Shown here in pieces: positions 9,065 to 18,657 of a stretch of 64,000 nucleotides of DNA. The notes under the pieces were generated by a model that was not told the DNA's origin, did not search any database, and saw only the letters and a program-made list of their open reading frames with translations. How positions within the stretch are numbered: the stretch's first letter is position 1; the number at the start of each line of letters is the position of its first letter. Location of the stretch: NCBI GenBank assembly GCA_945861965.1, contig CAMAWM010000001.1, positions 43,565 to 107,564 on the forward strand, read 5' to 3'. A program made the position numbers and the translations under genes. Source of the DNA: Chitinophaga pinensis (GTDB taxonomy: Bacteria > Bacteroidota > Bacteroidia > UKL13-3).

Positions 9065-12000
9065 ATGAAACAGAATAAACTAATTTCAAATTTTTTTTTC
9101 TTGTTTCTATTCGTAATTTCTTTTCAAACTATAAAAGCACAACGCTGGGGCGATTATACTCTTTACAGCGCGCTTAATAGTACCAGCACCTATTTATTAG
9201 ATACAGCAGGAAATGTATTTAGAACTTACAATACAAATGGTGCGCCAACTGGAGCACAATGTTATTTAATGCCTGGTGGAATTTTGTATCGCGCAGCAAC
9301 AACAAATAATTCATTCAATGGAAGTGGAACTACTGGAAGATTTCAAAGACTTAGTGCTAATGGAACTGTTAATTGGGATGTAACCTATTCGTCAAGCACC
9401 TATTGTGCACACAATGATTTTCATGTAATGCCAAATGGAAATGTTTTAATTATGGCTTATGAATTAAGATCGGCAAGTGAGGTAGTTGCAGCCGGAAGCT
9501 CAGTTAATCACGCAATGTGGATGGAGAGAATTATTGAAGTACAGCCAACTGGAGGAGGAGGAAATATCGTTTGGCAATGGAGTTCGTTTAATCATCTTTC
9601 ACAAAATTACGATTCAACAAAAGCGAATTATTTACCTCTCATTTGGGCGAAACCTGAATTGTTAGATATTAATTTTAATAATAATGCAAATACATCTGAT
9701 TGGTTACATTTTACAGGTATTGATTACAATGCTGAATTGGATCAAATAGTTGTTAGTTCTCAAAATATGAATGAATTTTATGTAATTGATCATAGCACAA
9801 CAACGGCTGTAGCTGCAACACATTCGGGTGGTAATTCGGGAAAAGGAGGAGATATTCTTTACAGATGGGGAAATCCTGCAGCCTATTCAGCAGGCAATAA
9901 CAGCAATCGAATTTTTAATGGAATAAACGATGCACATTGGGTTCCTAAAAATTGTCCAAGAGGAGGATATTTAGTAGGATTTAACAACAATACAACAGCA
10001 ACTGCATCATCCATTGATATGGCAAATCCTCCTTATTTTGGATACAATTATTCATTGAGTGGAATAGCATATTCTCCTTCAACATATAGTTATCGTAGAT
10101 TGTGTAATGGTAAAACAAATTCTTTAGGAATTTCACAACAATTACCCAACGGAAACACATTGATTACAATGTCTAATTTAGGCGTTATTTACGAAATAGA
10201 TTCGAATGGCACCACTGTTTGGTCAAAAACCATAACGGGAGGAACAGGAGTTCCAAATGTTCCACAAGCATTACGTTATGCTGCATGTTATGTAAATGGT
10301 ACTCCAACTATAACAGCAACAACAAACAAACCCTCGATTTGTGCAGGAACAATTGTTAGTTTAGGTGCAAATCCAGCTGGTGGTTCAAATTATACTTACG
10401 CATGGAAATCATCGCCAGCTGGTTTAATTTCAACCTCACAAAATCCAGTAGTGAATCCTACAGTTACTACAACATATACAGTAACTGTTACTAGTGGTTT
10501 ATGTACGGCTTCTTCATCAGTAACAGTTACAGTCATACCTCAACCAGTAGTCAATGTGTTATCAAATCCAACAACTATTTGTTTAGGAACTTCCTCTCAA
10601 TTATCAGCCACCATGTCGGGTACAGGAACCTATACCTATTCATGGGTTGCAACACCAGGGACCTTTACTTCAAACAATCAATATCCTATTGTTTCACCTT
10701 CAGTAAATACAACGTATTTGGTTACAGCAACAGGAACAACAAATGGTTGCACTGATACTGGAATTGCTTTGGTTAATGTTGGTGCAAATCCAGTTGTTAC
10801 TATCAATAATAGCAATCCAACAATATGTGTTGGAAATTCTACTCGCTTAACGGCAACAGCAAGTGGAGGAGGAAATGTTTATACGTATTCATGGACTTCA
10901 TTACCCGTTGGATTTACTTCAACTGCACCCAATCCGTTGGTAACACCAACTGGAACTACTATTTATACAGTCAAAGTTAAAAGCGCTTTATGTACTGATT
11001 CAACTTATCAAAGTATTACTGTTACTGTAAATACGTATCCAACTGTAGTTGGAAGTTCAGATTCAAATAATTTTTGTGCAGGTGGATCAACTCAATTACG
11101 TAGCATAGCAAGTGGAGGAGATTCAACTTATACTTATTCATGGACTTCAAATCCAACAGGATTTACATCAACACTTCAGAATCCAATTGTTACACCAACA
11201 ACAAGCACAATATATATTATTCGAGTTACTAGTGGTGGATGCACATCAGCTCCATATAATGTTGCTGTTACGGTTAAAAGAATTCCTTCATTTAGTATTT
11301 CAACAACAACGCCTACTATTTGTTATGGTGCATCAGCTCAATTAAATATTACAATAGTTGGAGATACACCATTTGTTTATAATTGGTCGTCAAATCCATC
11401 TGGGTTTTCATCAAATTTAAAAAACCCAATAGTATCTCCTTTAGTAAATACAGTTTATTCGGTTTTAGTTACAAGTGGATTAAATTGTTCAGCTACATCA
11501 AGTATTACGATTAATATTAAACCGAGACCAACAGTAACTGCAAGTGCAACTTCAACTCTTATTTGTTCTGGTGGATTAGCAAGATTAAATGCTGAAGTAA
11601 CTGGTGATGCACCTTATACATATTCTTGGACTTCCATACCAGCGGGATTCACTTCTACTATTTCCAATCCATTTGTAAACCCAATTGTAAATACAAGCTA
11701 TAAAGTTGTTGTTACAAGCGGTGGATGTACAGATACAGCTTCAAATACAGTTTCTATTAATTTAATAAATTTGACGGTAAATGCTACAGCAAATAATACG
11801 AATATTTGTCCGGGAACGAGTACATCATTGAATGCTTCGCCAAGTGGTGGTTCAATTTACTCATACAATTGGAGATCTGTTCCACTAGGATTTAATTCTA
11901 CTCAACAAAATCCAAATATCAATCCTGCAATTACAAGAACATATTTTGTTAGAGTAACAAGTGTAGGATGTAGCGATACTGCAACCTCATCTGTTACTGT

Positions 12001-13216
12001 AAATGTCAAATCATTGCCATCTGTTAGTGCATCAGCGAGTAGTAATTCTATTTGTAGTGGATCTTCCTCAACATTAAATGCAACAGTTATTGGCGATACG
12101 CCTTATACCTATTTATGGTATTCAATTCCAGCAGGATTTACATCTAGTATTCAAAATCCAACGGTTACTCCAACAGCAAACACTGTGTACAGAGTTATTG
12201 TAAGAAATGCGGGTTGCAACGATACAGCTGGAGCAAGTATAGCAATAACTGTTACTTCTGCACCAACTGTTACAGCCGTTGTTACTTCTAATATTATTTG
12301 TGCCGGATCATCAACACAATTAAATGCAATACCTAGTGGTGGTAATGGTGGATATTCTTATATTTGGTATTCAAGTCCAGGAGGCTTTACTTCTACACTT
12401 CAAAATCCGACTGTAAGTCCAATGCTTTCTTCTACTTATACGGTTATCGTAACAAGCAATAATTGTACTGGAACTTCAAATGTAAGTGTTACTGTAAATG
12501 CAATTCCATACGTTACAGCAGTATCCGAATTTAATCCGCTTTGTATTGGATCCTCAACACAATTGAATGCGTTATCGCCATTTCAAGATTCAAGCGCTTA
12601 TAGCTACTTGTGGTCGTCTATTCCATCAGGATTTACATCGTCTTTAAAAAGTCCGATTGTTGCACCAAGTATTCCAACAACATACAATGTCATTGTAAAT
12701 AATAATGGATGTGTGGCATCGTCTGGTGTTTATATTACCATTGCTCAATTACCTCCAACCCCAACTATTTCTCAAACTGGCAATATGCTTATATCAAGTG
12801 CAATTAATGGCAATCAATGGTATTTTGGAACTACATTAATTTCAAACGCAACTTCTCAAACCTATTCGCCAAGTATAAATGGAAAATATTCAGTTCAAGT
12901 TACTGATAACAATAAATGCAACTCTCCAATGTCAGCAGAACATCAATTTACCAGTGTTGGCGTCAACGATATTTTGAGTAATAATAATGTGAAAATTTAT
13001 CCCAATCCTAGCAACGGAATTTTGAATATTGAAAGCGATGTTTTGAAAAACACTAACTTCAGTATTGTTGTTTTTGATGCAATGGGAAAATGTGTTTATA
13101 CATTTAAAAATACATCAACAATAAATCTATCTGATTTAAGAGACGGCTTATATTCCGTTACCATTAAGTTAGAAAACGGAAGCACATACAATAAAAATAT
13201 TTTGTTGTATAGATAA
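9065..13216 (+). CDS. Giant secreted T9SS cargo protein: ASST-like beta-propeller N-domain, ten tandem ~80-aa Ig-like repeats and a Por_Secre_tail C-terminal sorting domain
   Basis: Signal peptide ending ...FQTIKAQ. The N-terminal ~400 aa resemble the arylsulfotransferase (ASST) family (HNDFHVMPNGNVLIM, WLHFTGIDYNAELDQIVVSSQNMNEFYVIDHSTT). The C-terminal ~80 aa match the T9SS type-A CTD (KIYPNPSNGILNIE ... DLRDGLYSVTIKLENG). Confidence 0.8.
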   Translation: MKQNKLISNFFFLFLFVISFQTIKAQRWGDYTLYSALNSTSTYLLDTAGNVFRTYNTNGAPTGAQCYLMPGGILYRAATTNNSFNGSGTTGRFQRLSANGTVNWDVTYSSSTYCAHNDFHVMPNGNVLIMAYELRSASEVVAAGSSVNHAMWMERIIEVQPTGGGGNIVWQWSSFNHLSQNYDSTKANYLPLIWAKPELLDINFNNNANTSDWLHFTGIDYNAELDQIVVSSQNMNEFYVIDHSTTTAVAATHSGGNSGKGGDILYRWGNPAAYSAGNNSNRIFNGINDAHWVPKNCPRGGYLVGFNNNTTATASSIDMANPPYFGYNYSLSGIAYSPSTYSYRRLCNGKTNSLGISQQLPNGNTLITMSNLGVIYEIDSNGTTVWSKTITGGTGVPNVPQALRYAACYVNGTPTITATTNKPSICAGTIVSLGANPAGGSNYTYAWKSSPAGLISTSQNPVVNPTVTTTYTVTVTSGLCTASSSVTVTVIPQPVVNVLSNPTTICLGTSSQLSATMSGTGTYTYSWVATPGTFTSNNQYPIVSPSVNTTYLVTATGTTNGCTDTGIALVNVGANPVVTINNSNPTICVGNSTRLTATASGGGNVYTYSWTSLPVGFTSTAPNPLVTPTGTTIYTVKVKSALCTDSTYQSITVTVNTYPTVVGSSDSNNFCAGGSTQLRSIASGGDSTYTYSWTSNPTGFTSTLQNPIVTPTTSTIYIIRVTSGGCTSAPYNVAVTVKRIPSFSISTTTPTICYGASAQLNITIVGDTPFVYNWSSNPSGFSSNLKNPIVSPLVNTVYSVLVTSGLNCSATSSITINIKPRPTVTASATSTLICSGGLARLNAEVTGDAPYTYSWTSIPAGFTSTISNPFVNPIVNTSYKVVVTSGGCTDTASNTVSINLINLTVNATANNTNICPGTSTSLNASPSGGSIYSYNWRSVPLGFNSTQQNPNINPAITRTYFVRVTSVGCSDTATSSVTVNVKSLPSVSASASSNSICSGSSSTLNATVIGDTPYTYLWYSIPAGFTSSIQNPTVTPTANTVYRVIVRNAGCNDTAGASIAITVTSAPTVTAVVTSNIICAGSSTQLNAIPSGGNGGYSYIWYSSPGGFTSTLQNPTVSPMLSSTYTVIVTSNNCTGTSNVSVTVNAIPYVTAVSEFNPLCIGSSTQLNALSPFQDSSAYSYLWSSIPSGFTSSLKSPIVAPSIPTTYNVIVNNNGCVASSGVYITIAQLPPTPTISQTGNMLISSAINGNQWYFGTTLISNATSQTYSPSINGKYSVQVTDNNKCNSPMSAEHQFTSVGVNDILSNNNVKIYPNPSNGILNIESDVLKNTNFSIVVFDAMGKCVYTFKNTSTINLSDLRDGLYSVTIKLENGSTYNKNILLYR
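10300..12760 (+). repeat. Ten tandem in-frame coding repeats (period ~240 nt, about 78-82 aa) inside the adhesin gene
   Basis: Each unit contains ICxGxSxxLxA ... SGG..YTYSW.S.P.GFTS...NP.V.P...T.Y.V.VTS..C; the ICxG motif recurs at 10337, 10577, 10823 and so on. The repeats are diverged at the nucleotide level and resemble SprB/PKD-like beta-sandwich repeats. Confidence 0.8.
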
Positions 13217-13238
13217 TCTATACAACAAAATATTTTCT
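13202..13238 (+). terminator. Rho-independent terminator with the adhesin stop codon in the hairpin loop
   Basis: Perfect 12-bp stem (ttgttgtataga at 13202-13213 paired with tctatacaacaa at 13217-13228). The loop taa is the stop codon at 13214-13216. The hairpin is followed by aatattttctt. Confidence 0.65.
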
Positions 13239-13348
13239 TAATAAATCTACTTGCAAATAGATAGGTTTAAGCAATATTATTTTTTAATGAAGCTTAAATC
13301 CAAACTCCTTTCATCATTTAAAACAAATCTGCTATCTTGCCGCCCTGT

Positions 13349-15283
13349 ATGAGTGAAATTAAAATTACTTTACCGGATGGCTCTGTTCGTTTGTATGCAC
13401 GGGGTTCGACATCCTTAGAAATTGCAAAATCAATTAGCGAAGGTTTAGCGAGAAATGTATTAGTTGCAAAAATTGGAAGTGAAGTACGCGATGCATCACA
13501 ACCAATTAACGAAGATGCAAATTTAACTTTACTAACTTGGAACGATGGCGAAGGTAAATCGACATTGTGGCATTCGTCAGCGCATATCATGGCTGAAGCT
13601 TTAGAGTTTTATTTTCCTGGAGTAAAATTTTGGGTTGGCCCTCCAGTCGATAATGGTTTTTATTACGATGTAGATTTGGGTGGACAAAATTTAAGCACAG
13701 ACGACTTTAAAAAAATTGAAGACAAAATGTTGGAACTTGCCCGCCAAAATAATTTGTTTCAACGCAAAGAAATTCCAAAACAAGAAGCCATTCAATATTT
13801 TACCGATAAAGGCGATGAGTATAAATTAGATCTACTTCAAAATTTAGAAGATGGAAATATTACCTTTTATACACAAGGAAATTTTACCGATTTGTGTCGT
13901 GGTCCACACATTCCAAATACAAGTTTTATCAAAGCTGTAAAACTAACAGCACTTGCTGGTGCTTATTGGAAAGGAGATGAGCGCAACAAACAACTTACAC
14001 GAATTTATGGAATAGCCTTTCCAAAAAAATCGGAGTTGGACGAATATTTATTGATGCTTGAAGAAGCCAAAAAACGCGACCACCGTAAGCTCGGAAAGGA
14101 ATTAGAAATATTTACTTTTGATGACGATGTTGGTCCAGGGTTGCCTTTGTGGTTGCCAAATGGCGCAGCAATTATTGAACGCTTGGAAGAGTTTGCAAAA
14201 AAAACAGAAGCCGAAGCTGGATACGTTAGAGTAAGAACTCCTCATATAGCCAAAGAAAGTATGTATCTGAAGAGTGGGCATTTGCCATACTATGCCGAAA
14301 GCATGTTTCCGCCCATGGAAATGGATGGCGATAAATACTATTTAAAGGCGATGAACTGCCCACATCATCACAAAATATTTGCTGCAACACCCAAAAGTTA
14401 CCGCGATTTACCTTTGCGATATGCCGAATACGGAATGTGTTATCGATACGAACAAAGTGGCGAATTATTTGGCCTGATGCGTGTGAGAAGTTTGAGCATG
14501 AACGATGCACATATCTACTGCACCGAAGCACAATTTGAAGAAGAATTTAAAAATGTAAACGACCTATACTTAAAATATTTTAAAGTTTTTGGAATTGAAA
14601 AATACGTGATGCGTTTTAGCAAACACGATCCCAAAAAATTAGGACAGAAGTATATTGACTCGCCCGAACTTTGGATTAAAACTGAAGAGATGGTTCGCAA
14701 AGTGTTGCAAAATTTGAATCTAAATTATATTGAAGTAGAAGACGAAGCAGCGTTTTACGGACCAAAGATTGATATTCAAATTTGGAGCGCAATCGGAAAA
14801 GAGTTTACATTGGCTACAAATCAGGTTGATTTTGCTCAAGCAGAACGTTTCGACCTTACTTTTACCAATGAGAAAAATCAGAAAGAACGACCATTAATCA
14901 TACATAGAGCACCTTTAAGCACACACGAAAGATTTATCGGTTTTCTGCTTGAGCATTACGCAGGCAACCTACCACTGTGGCTTTCACCTACTCAGTTTGC
15001 ATTATTGCCCATCAGCGACAAGTATTTAGATTACAGTAAAAAAGTTTTAGAATTGCTGAATTTTTCAGATATTCGCGGCTCGTTTGACAATCGTAGTGAG
15101 AAAATTGGCAAGAAGATACGTGATGCAGAAATGAAGAAAGTGCCTTATATGCTGATAGTTGGAGAGCAAGAAGCGAATGAAGAATGCGTTTCGGTTCGAA
15201 AACACGGAGGCGAAGATTTAGGAAAAATGAAGTTAGACGACTTTGTAAGCTATTTTAAAGAACAAGCAAAAATAAAAATTTAA
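13349..15283 (+). CDS. thrS: Threonine--tRNA ligase
   Basis: N-terminal TGS domain ([30 protein letters not shown]), a class II synthetase core and a C-terminal anticodon-binding domain. The ORF track begins at a TTG at 13337; the ATG at 13349 (MSEIK) is the more likely start. Confidence 0.93.
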   Translation: MSEIKITLPDGSVRLYARGSTSLEIAKSISEGLARNVLVAKIGSEVRDASQPINEDANLTLLTWNDGEGKSTLWHSSAHIMAEALEFYFPGVKFWVGPPVDNGFYYDVDLGGQNLSTDDFKKIEDKMLELARQNNLFQRKEIPKQEAIQYFTDKGDEYKLDLLQNLEDGNITFYTQGNFTDLCRGPHIPNTSFIKAVKLTALAGAYWKGDERNKQLTRIYGIAFPKKSELDEYLLMLEEAKKRDHRKLGKELEIFTFDDDVGPGLPLWLPNGAAIIERLEEFAKKTEAEAGYVRVRTPHIAKESMYLKSGHLPYYAESMFPPMEMDGDKYYLKAMNCPHHHKIFAATPKSYRDLPLRYAEYGMCYRYEQSGELFGLMRVRSLSMNDAHIYCTEAQFEEEFKNVNDLYLKYFKVFGIEKYVMRFSKHDPKKLGQKYIDSPELWIKTEEMVRKVLQNLNLNYIEVEDEAAFYGPKIDIQIWSAIGKEFTLATNQVDFAQAERFDLTFTNEKNQKERPLIIHRAPLSTHERFIGFLLEHYAGNLPLWLSPTQFALLPISDKYLDYSKKVLELLNFSDIRGSFDNRSEKIGKKIRDAEMKKVPYMLIVGEQEANEECVSVRKHGGEDLGKMKLDDFVSYFKEQAKIKI

Positions 15284-15293
15284 TAAAAAACGA

Positions 15294-15902
15294 TTGGCAC
15301 TACCACCAAAAAAACCACCATTTAAAAAACCATCAGGAGGATTCGGAGGCGGAAGACCTTTTTTTCGCAAACCACCTTTAAAACCAGGAGAGGGGGAATT
15401 TAACATAAACCATCAGATTCGCGCAAGAGAGGTGAGATTGGTCGGTGAGGGAGTTGAACCCAAAGTATATACCATTGGTGATGCTTTGAGATTAGCTGAA
15501 GAAGCAGGAGTTGATTTGGTTGAAATATCGCCCAATGCTGATCCACCGGTTTGTAGGGTAGTTGATTATAAAAGATTTTTATACGAGCGTAAAAAGAAAG
15601 CAAAAGAAGCAAAAGCAAATCAGGTTAAGCAAGATATAAAAGAAATTCGTTTTGGACCAAATACTGACGAACATGATTTTGAATTTAAGTTGAAGCATGC
15701 CGAAAACTTTTTAAAAGAAGGACATAAAATTAAAGCCTTTGTTTTTTTTAGAGGTCGTTCAATTGTTTATGCTGAAAGAGGGGAAGTGCTTTTATTACAA
15801 TTTGCTCAAAAGTTAGCAGATTGGGGAAAGGTAGATATGTTGCCAAAATTGGAAGGTAAAAAAATGAATTTAGTAATGAGCCCGAAAGGGAAAAATAAAT
15901 AA
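15294..15902 (+). CDS. infC: Translation initiation factor IF-3
   Basis: IF-3 core ([16 protein letters not shown] ... [19 protein letters not shown] ... [16 protein letters not shown]). The tracked start is a TTG; IF-3 genes commonly use atypical starts. A Gly/Pro/Lys-rich N-terminal extension is present. Confidence 0.85.
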   Translation: MALPPKKPPFKKPSGGFGGGRPFFRKPPLKPGEGEFNINHQIRAREVRLVGEGVEPKVYTIGDALRLAEEAGVDLVEISPNADPPVCRVVDYKRFLYERKKKAKEAKANQVKQDIKEIRFGPNTDEHDFEFKLKHAENFLKEGHKIKAFVFFRGRSIVYAERGEVLLLQFAQKLADWGKVDMLPKLEGKKMNLVMSPKGKNK

Positions 15903-15911
15903 GTAAAGAAA

Positions 15912-16112
15912 ATGCCAAAAGTAAAAACAAACAGTTCAGCAAAGAAAAGATTTAAACTTACTCCTAGCGGAAAAATTAAACGCGGTAATGCCTACAAGAG
16001 TCACATTTTGACTAAAAAAACAACCAAGCAAAAACGCAATTTAACGGGAGTATCGTATATTAGTAAACCAGATTCTGGTTTAATAAAAAATTTGTTGGGT
16101 GTTGGAAAATAG
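15912..16112 (+). CDS. rpmI: 50S ribosomal protein L35
   Basis: 66 aa beginning [24 protein letters not shown]. Confidence 0.92.
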   Translation: MPKVKTNSSAKKRFKLTPSGKIKRGNAYKSHILTKKTTKQKRNLTGVSYISKPDSGLIKNLLGVGK

Positions 16113-16240
16113 TTGATTCAGTTCAACTCTAACCTTACTCAATAAAGTTTCGGTTTTAAAATTATAACCCGAACAAAAGCTCATCAAGTGTCAACCAACC
16201 GATTGGCCGCTTAGGTTCAAAAAAAAACAAAAACAAAAAA

Positions 16241-16594
16241 ATGCCACGTTCAGTCAATTCAGTCGCATCGCGCAGGCGCAGAAAAAAACTCCTAAAACTT
16301 GCAAAAGGTTATTGGGGATCGCGAAACAATGTGCTTACAGTTGCTAAGCACGCCATCGACAAAGGTTTGGGATACGCATACCGCGATCGTAAAACCAAAA
16401 AACGCAATTTCCGTTCGCTATGGATTATTCGTATCAATGCAGGTGTGCGCGATTTTGGAATGAGCTATTCGCAGTTTATCGGATTAGCCAATAAAAAAGG
16501 TTTGGGATTAAATCGTAAAGTACTTGCCGACATGGCAATGAACGAACCCGATACCTTTAAATCCATTGTTGAGCAGGTAAAAGCTACAGCATAG
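16241..16594 (+). CDS. rplT: 50S ribosomal protein L20
   Basis: 117 aa beginning [30 protein letters not shown]. Confidence 0.93.
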   Translation: MPRSVNSVASRRRRKKLLKLAKGYWGSRNNVLTVAKHAIDKGLGYAYRDRKTKKRNFRSLWIIRINAGVRDFGMSYSQFIGLANKKGLGLNRKVLADMAMNEPDTFKSIVEQVKATA

Positions 16595-16627
16595 ATATTT
16601 CTATTTTGAACTAAAGAGTTTATTTTA

Positions 16628-16668
16628 AAAACCAAAAACCCGCTTCCAAATAGAAGCGGGTTTTTTTA
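16628..16668 (+). terminator. rplT rho-independent terminator; left copy of a 41-bp direct repeat
   Basis: Stem cccgcttc/gaagcggg, loop caaata, then TTTTTTT. The sequence is aaaaccaaaaacccgcttccaaaTagaagcgggttttttta. Confidence 0.8.
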
Positions 16669-16808
16669 TTTTTGTAGTTTAATTTCCAATTCAAAAAATA
16701 ATCATTTGTTTCAAATTTAATTCCTGTTTTTGCCACAAAGCTTTACCTGCAAACTTTGAAAAAATTGATAACTGCCAACGGAACAGCATGAAATAGCGTT
16801 TAACATTA

Positions 16809-16928
16809 TTATACCCGTAAGGGGCGAAATAAAAATAAATATAATATATTATACCCGAGCGGTACATTATAATGATTTTCGATTATATTTGTACCCGTAA
16901 AGGTATAATACAAAATGAATAGTATTTC
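16809..16928 (+). promoter_or_regulatory. Three operator/promoter-like units upstream of the hipB-like gene, phased 40 bp apart
   Basis: ttatacccgtaagggg at 16809, ttatacccgagcggta at 16849 and ttgtacccgtaaaggta at 16889 are spaced exactly 40 bp apart. Each unit is followed by a tataat-like element and contains partial TACC..GGTA dyads. The ATG of the next gene is at 16915. Confidence 0.45.
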
Positions 16929-17346
16929 AGCATTTATCCGGTATCAGAGAAAAAAACTCGGAATAACTCAAGAGGAACTTGCAGCAAAAGCAGGTGTAGG
17001 TCTTCGCTTTGTTCGGGAGTTGGAACAAGGCAAGGCGACATTACAAATGGACAAAGTTGAACATGTGCTTCATTTGTTCGGATTTCAATTAACACCTAGC
17101 AGACAACGGATTGATCCATATACTATTTTTTGGAATTATTTGAATACGGGTGTAAAAATTAATCTCTCTAACAAGTCAATAAAATATGGAATTATAGTAG
17201 AAGAAATTATTGATCGAAATGAAAATAAAATTAGCGCATGGAAATTTGTTTCAAACAACAATGCAATCAAATACCAGCAAAAGCCCGATGATAAACTAAC
17301 AGAAACAATTATACATGCTGATATAATTGCAATTGAAAATCAGTAA
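16915..17346 (+). CDS. hipB: HipB-like XRE-family HTH regulator with an ~80-aa C-terminal extension
   Basis: N-terminal XRE-type HTH (LGITQEELAAKAGVGLRFVRELEQGKATLQMDKVEHVLHLFG). Its stop overlaps the next gene's start as ATGA. Confidence 0.7.
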   Translation: MNSISAFIRYQRKKLGITQEELAAKAGVGLRFVRELEQGKATLQMDKVEHVLHLFGFQLTPSRQRIDPYTIFWNYLNTGVKINLSNKSIKYGIIVEEIIDRNENKISAWKFVSNNNAIKYQQKPDDKLTETIIHADIIAIENQ

Positions 17347-17681
17347 TGCACTTTAATATGAAACAAGGATTCGTTTATAAAAAAAATAAAATGATCGGAT
17401 TGGTTTGGGAAGACGAAAACGGCTACTCTTTCCAATACAATGAAGACTATTTGCCCAATCCAATTTATGGAGAAGTAAGTAGAACTTTACCATTACGTTC
17501 AGAGGTTTTTACGGATAAAAATATGCTGCCTTTTTTTGACGGATTAATACCCGAAGGGTGGCTATTACAAATTGCCATTGAAAATTGGAAACTCAATCCA
17601 AGTGACAGAATGAGTCTATTATTAACACTTTGCAACGATTGTATTGGCGATGTTTCAATTTTTAAAGACAAGAAAAAATGA
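17346..17681 (+). CDS. hipS: Stand-alone HipA N-terminal-subdomain protein (HipS-like)
   Basis: 111 aa matching the HipA N-terminal 'couple_hipA' region (GLVWEDENGYSFQYNEDYLPNP ... LPFFDGLIPEGWLL). Start and stop are translationally coupled to both neighbours through overlapping ATGA sequences. Confidence 0.7.
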   Translation: MHFNMKQGFVYKKNKMIGLVWEDENGYSFQYNEDYLPNPIYGEVSRTLPLRSEVFTDKNMLPFFDGLIPEGWLLQIAIENWKLNPSDRMSLLLTLCNDCIGDVSIFKDKKK

Positions 17682-18613
17682 AATGCTTACTGTGCTATAA
17701 ACCTTTGGCCAATGATGAAATTGACTACCACTCAAAATGTGTAATCAAAGTTTTTGGTTTGAATCAAATGCCCGAATTTGAATTGGATGAAAATAAATTA
17801 AGCGATTATGCGAAGAGAATGATCTCTGCAAATACAACGATAACAGGCGTTCAGCCAAAACTGAGTTTATGGCTAGAAAACTCAAAAAAAAATACTCGAT
17901 TTACAATTGTTGACAATAAAAGCAACTATATCATTAAGCCGCAAAGTCAAACGTATTTATCGTTGCCAGAAAATGAAGATTTATGTATGCACTTAGCTGA
18001 AGCATTAGGAATTGAGGTGGCTAGACATAGTTTGATTCGACTTAAAAATGGAAAACTTGCTTACGTTACAAAACGATTTGATAGAGAAGCAGAGGATAAA
18101 ATTGCATGTGAAGATTTGTGCCAACTTTCCGAAAGTCTAACAGAACATAAATACAGGGGCAGTTATGAAAAAATAGGTAAAACCATTAGTCAATTTTCAT
18201 CGCAGCCCGGATTAGATGTTTTACATTATTATCAACTGGTTTTGTTTAGTTTTATTATTGGTAATGCAGACATGCACTTGAAAAATTTTTCTATGATTGA
18301 AAAAAAGAATGGAACGTTTTGCTTGAGCCCTGCATACGACTTACTTAGTACACACCTCGTAATAAAAAATGAAACTGAGCAAATGAGTTTAAACTTAAAT
18401 GGAAAGAAAAATAAACTTGCAAAAAGAGACTTCGACATCTTAGGTTCAAGTTTGCAATTGACTGAAAAACAAATTCAGAATTGCTATAAATCTATAATTG
18501 ACAGTTTTGATAAATTTTATTGGTGGATAGACAATTCCTTTCTACATGAACAGCAAAAAGACATTTTGAAAAAGTTGTTTACTAAAAGAATTGATTTGCT
18601 ATTACACAAATAA
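17678..18613 (+). CDS. hipT: HipA C-terminal-domain Ser/Thr kinase toxin lacking N-subdomain 1 (HipT-like)
   Basis: 311 aa. P-loop-like TITGVQPKLS; catalytic motif NADMHLKNFS (DxHxKN); a YDLLST motif equivalent to the Mg-binding DFG of HipA. Confidence 0.75.
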   Translation: MKCLLCYKPLANDEIDYHSKCVIKVFGLNQMPEFELDENKLSDYAKRMISANTTITGVQPKLSLWLENSKKNTRFTIVDNKSNYIIKPQSQTYLSLPENEDLCMHLAEALGIEVARHSLIRLKNGKLAYVTKRFDREAEDKIACEDLCQLSESLTEHKYRGSYEKIGKTISQFSSQPGLDVLHYYQLVLFSFIIGNADMHLKNFSMIEKKNGTFCLSPAYDLLSTHLVIKNETEQMSLNLNGKKNKLAKRDFDILGSSLQLTEKQIQNCYKSIIDSFDKFYWWIDNSFLHEQQKDILKKLFTKRIDLLLHK

Positions 18614-18657
18614 AATCGTTGGCGTGAAGTTAAAATTTACAGATTTGAAATGAAATT

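Noticed and set aside
10501-11345. Plus-strand ORFs 10501..10755 and 11112..11345 inside the adhesin gene
   Set aside because: They are alternative-frame read-throughs of the tandem-repeat region and are fully embedded in a strongly supported 1383-aa frame.
13337-13348. TTG start for thrS at 13337 (MPPCMSEIK)
   Set aside because: An ATG four codons downstream at 13349 gives the conserved TGS-domain start [11 protein letters not shown], so this was preferred, with low certainty.
17346-18613. Possibility that the HipS-like and HipT-like ORFs are one frameshifted hipA pseudogene
   Set aside because: Both junctions are clean ATGA start/stop overlaps typical of coupled genes. The split falls exactly at the HipA N-subdomain-1 boundary, as in described HipBST systems, and the kinase ORF has intact P-loop and catalytic motifs. 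I kept them as two genes; only sequencing verification could exclude a frameshift.
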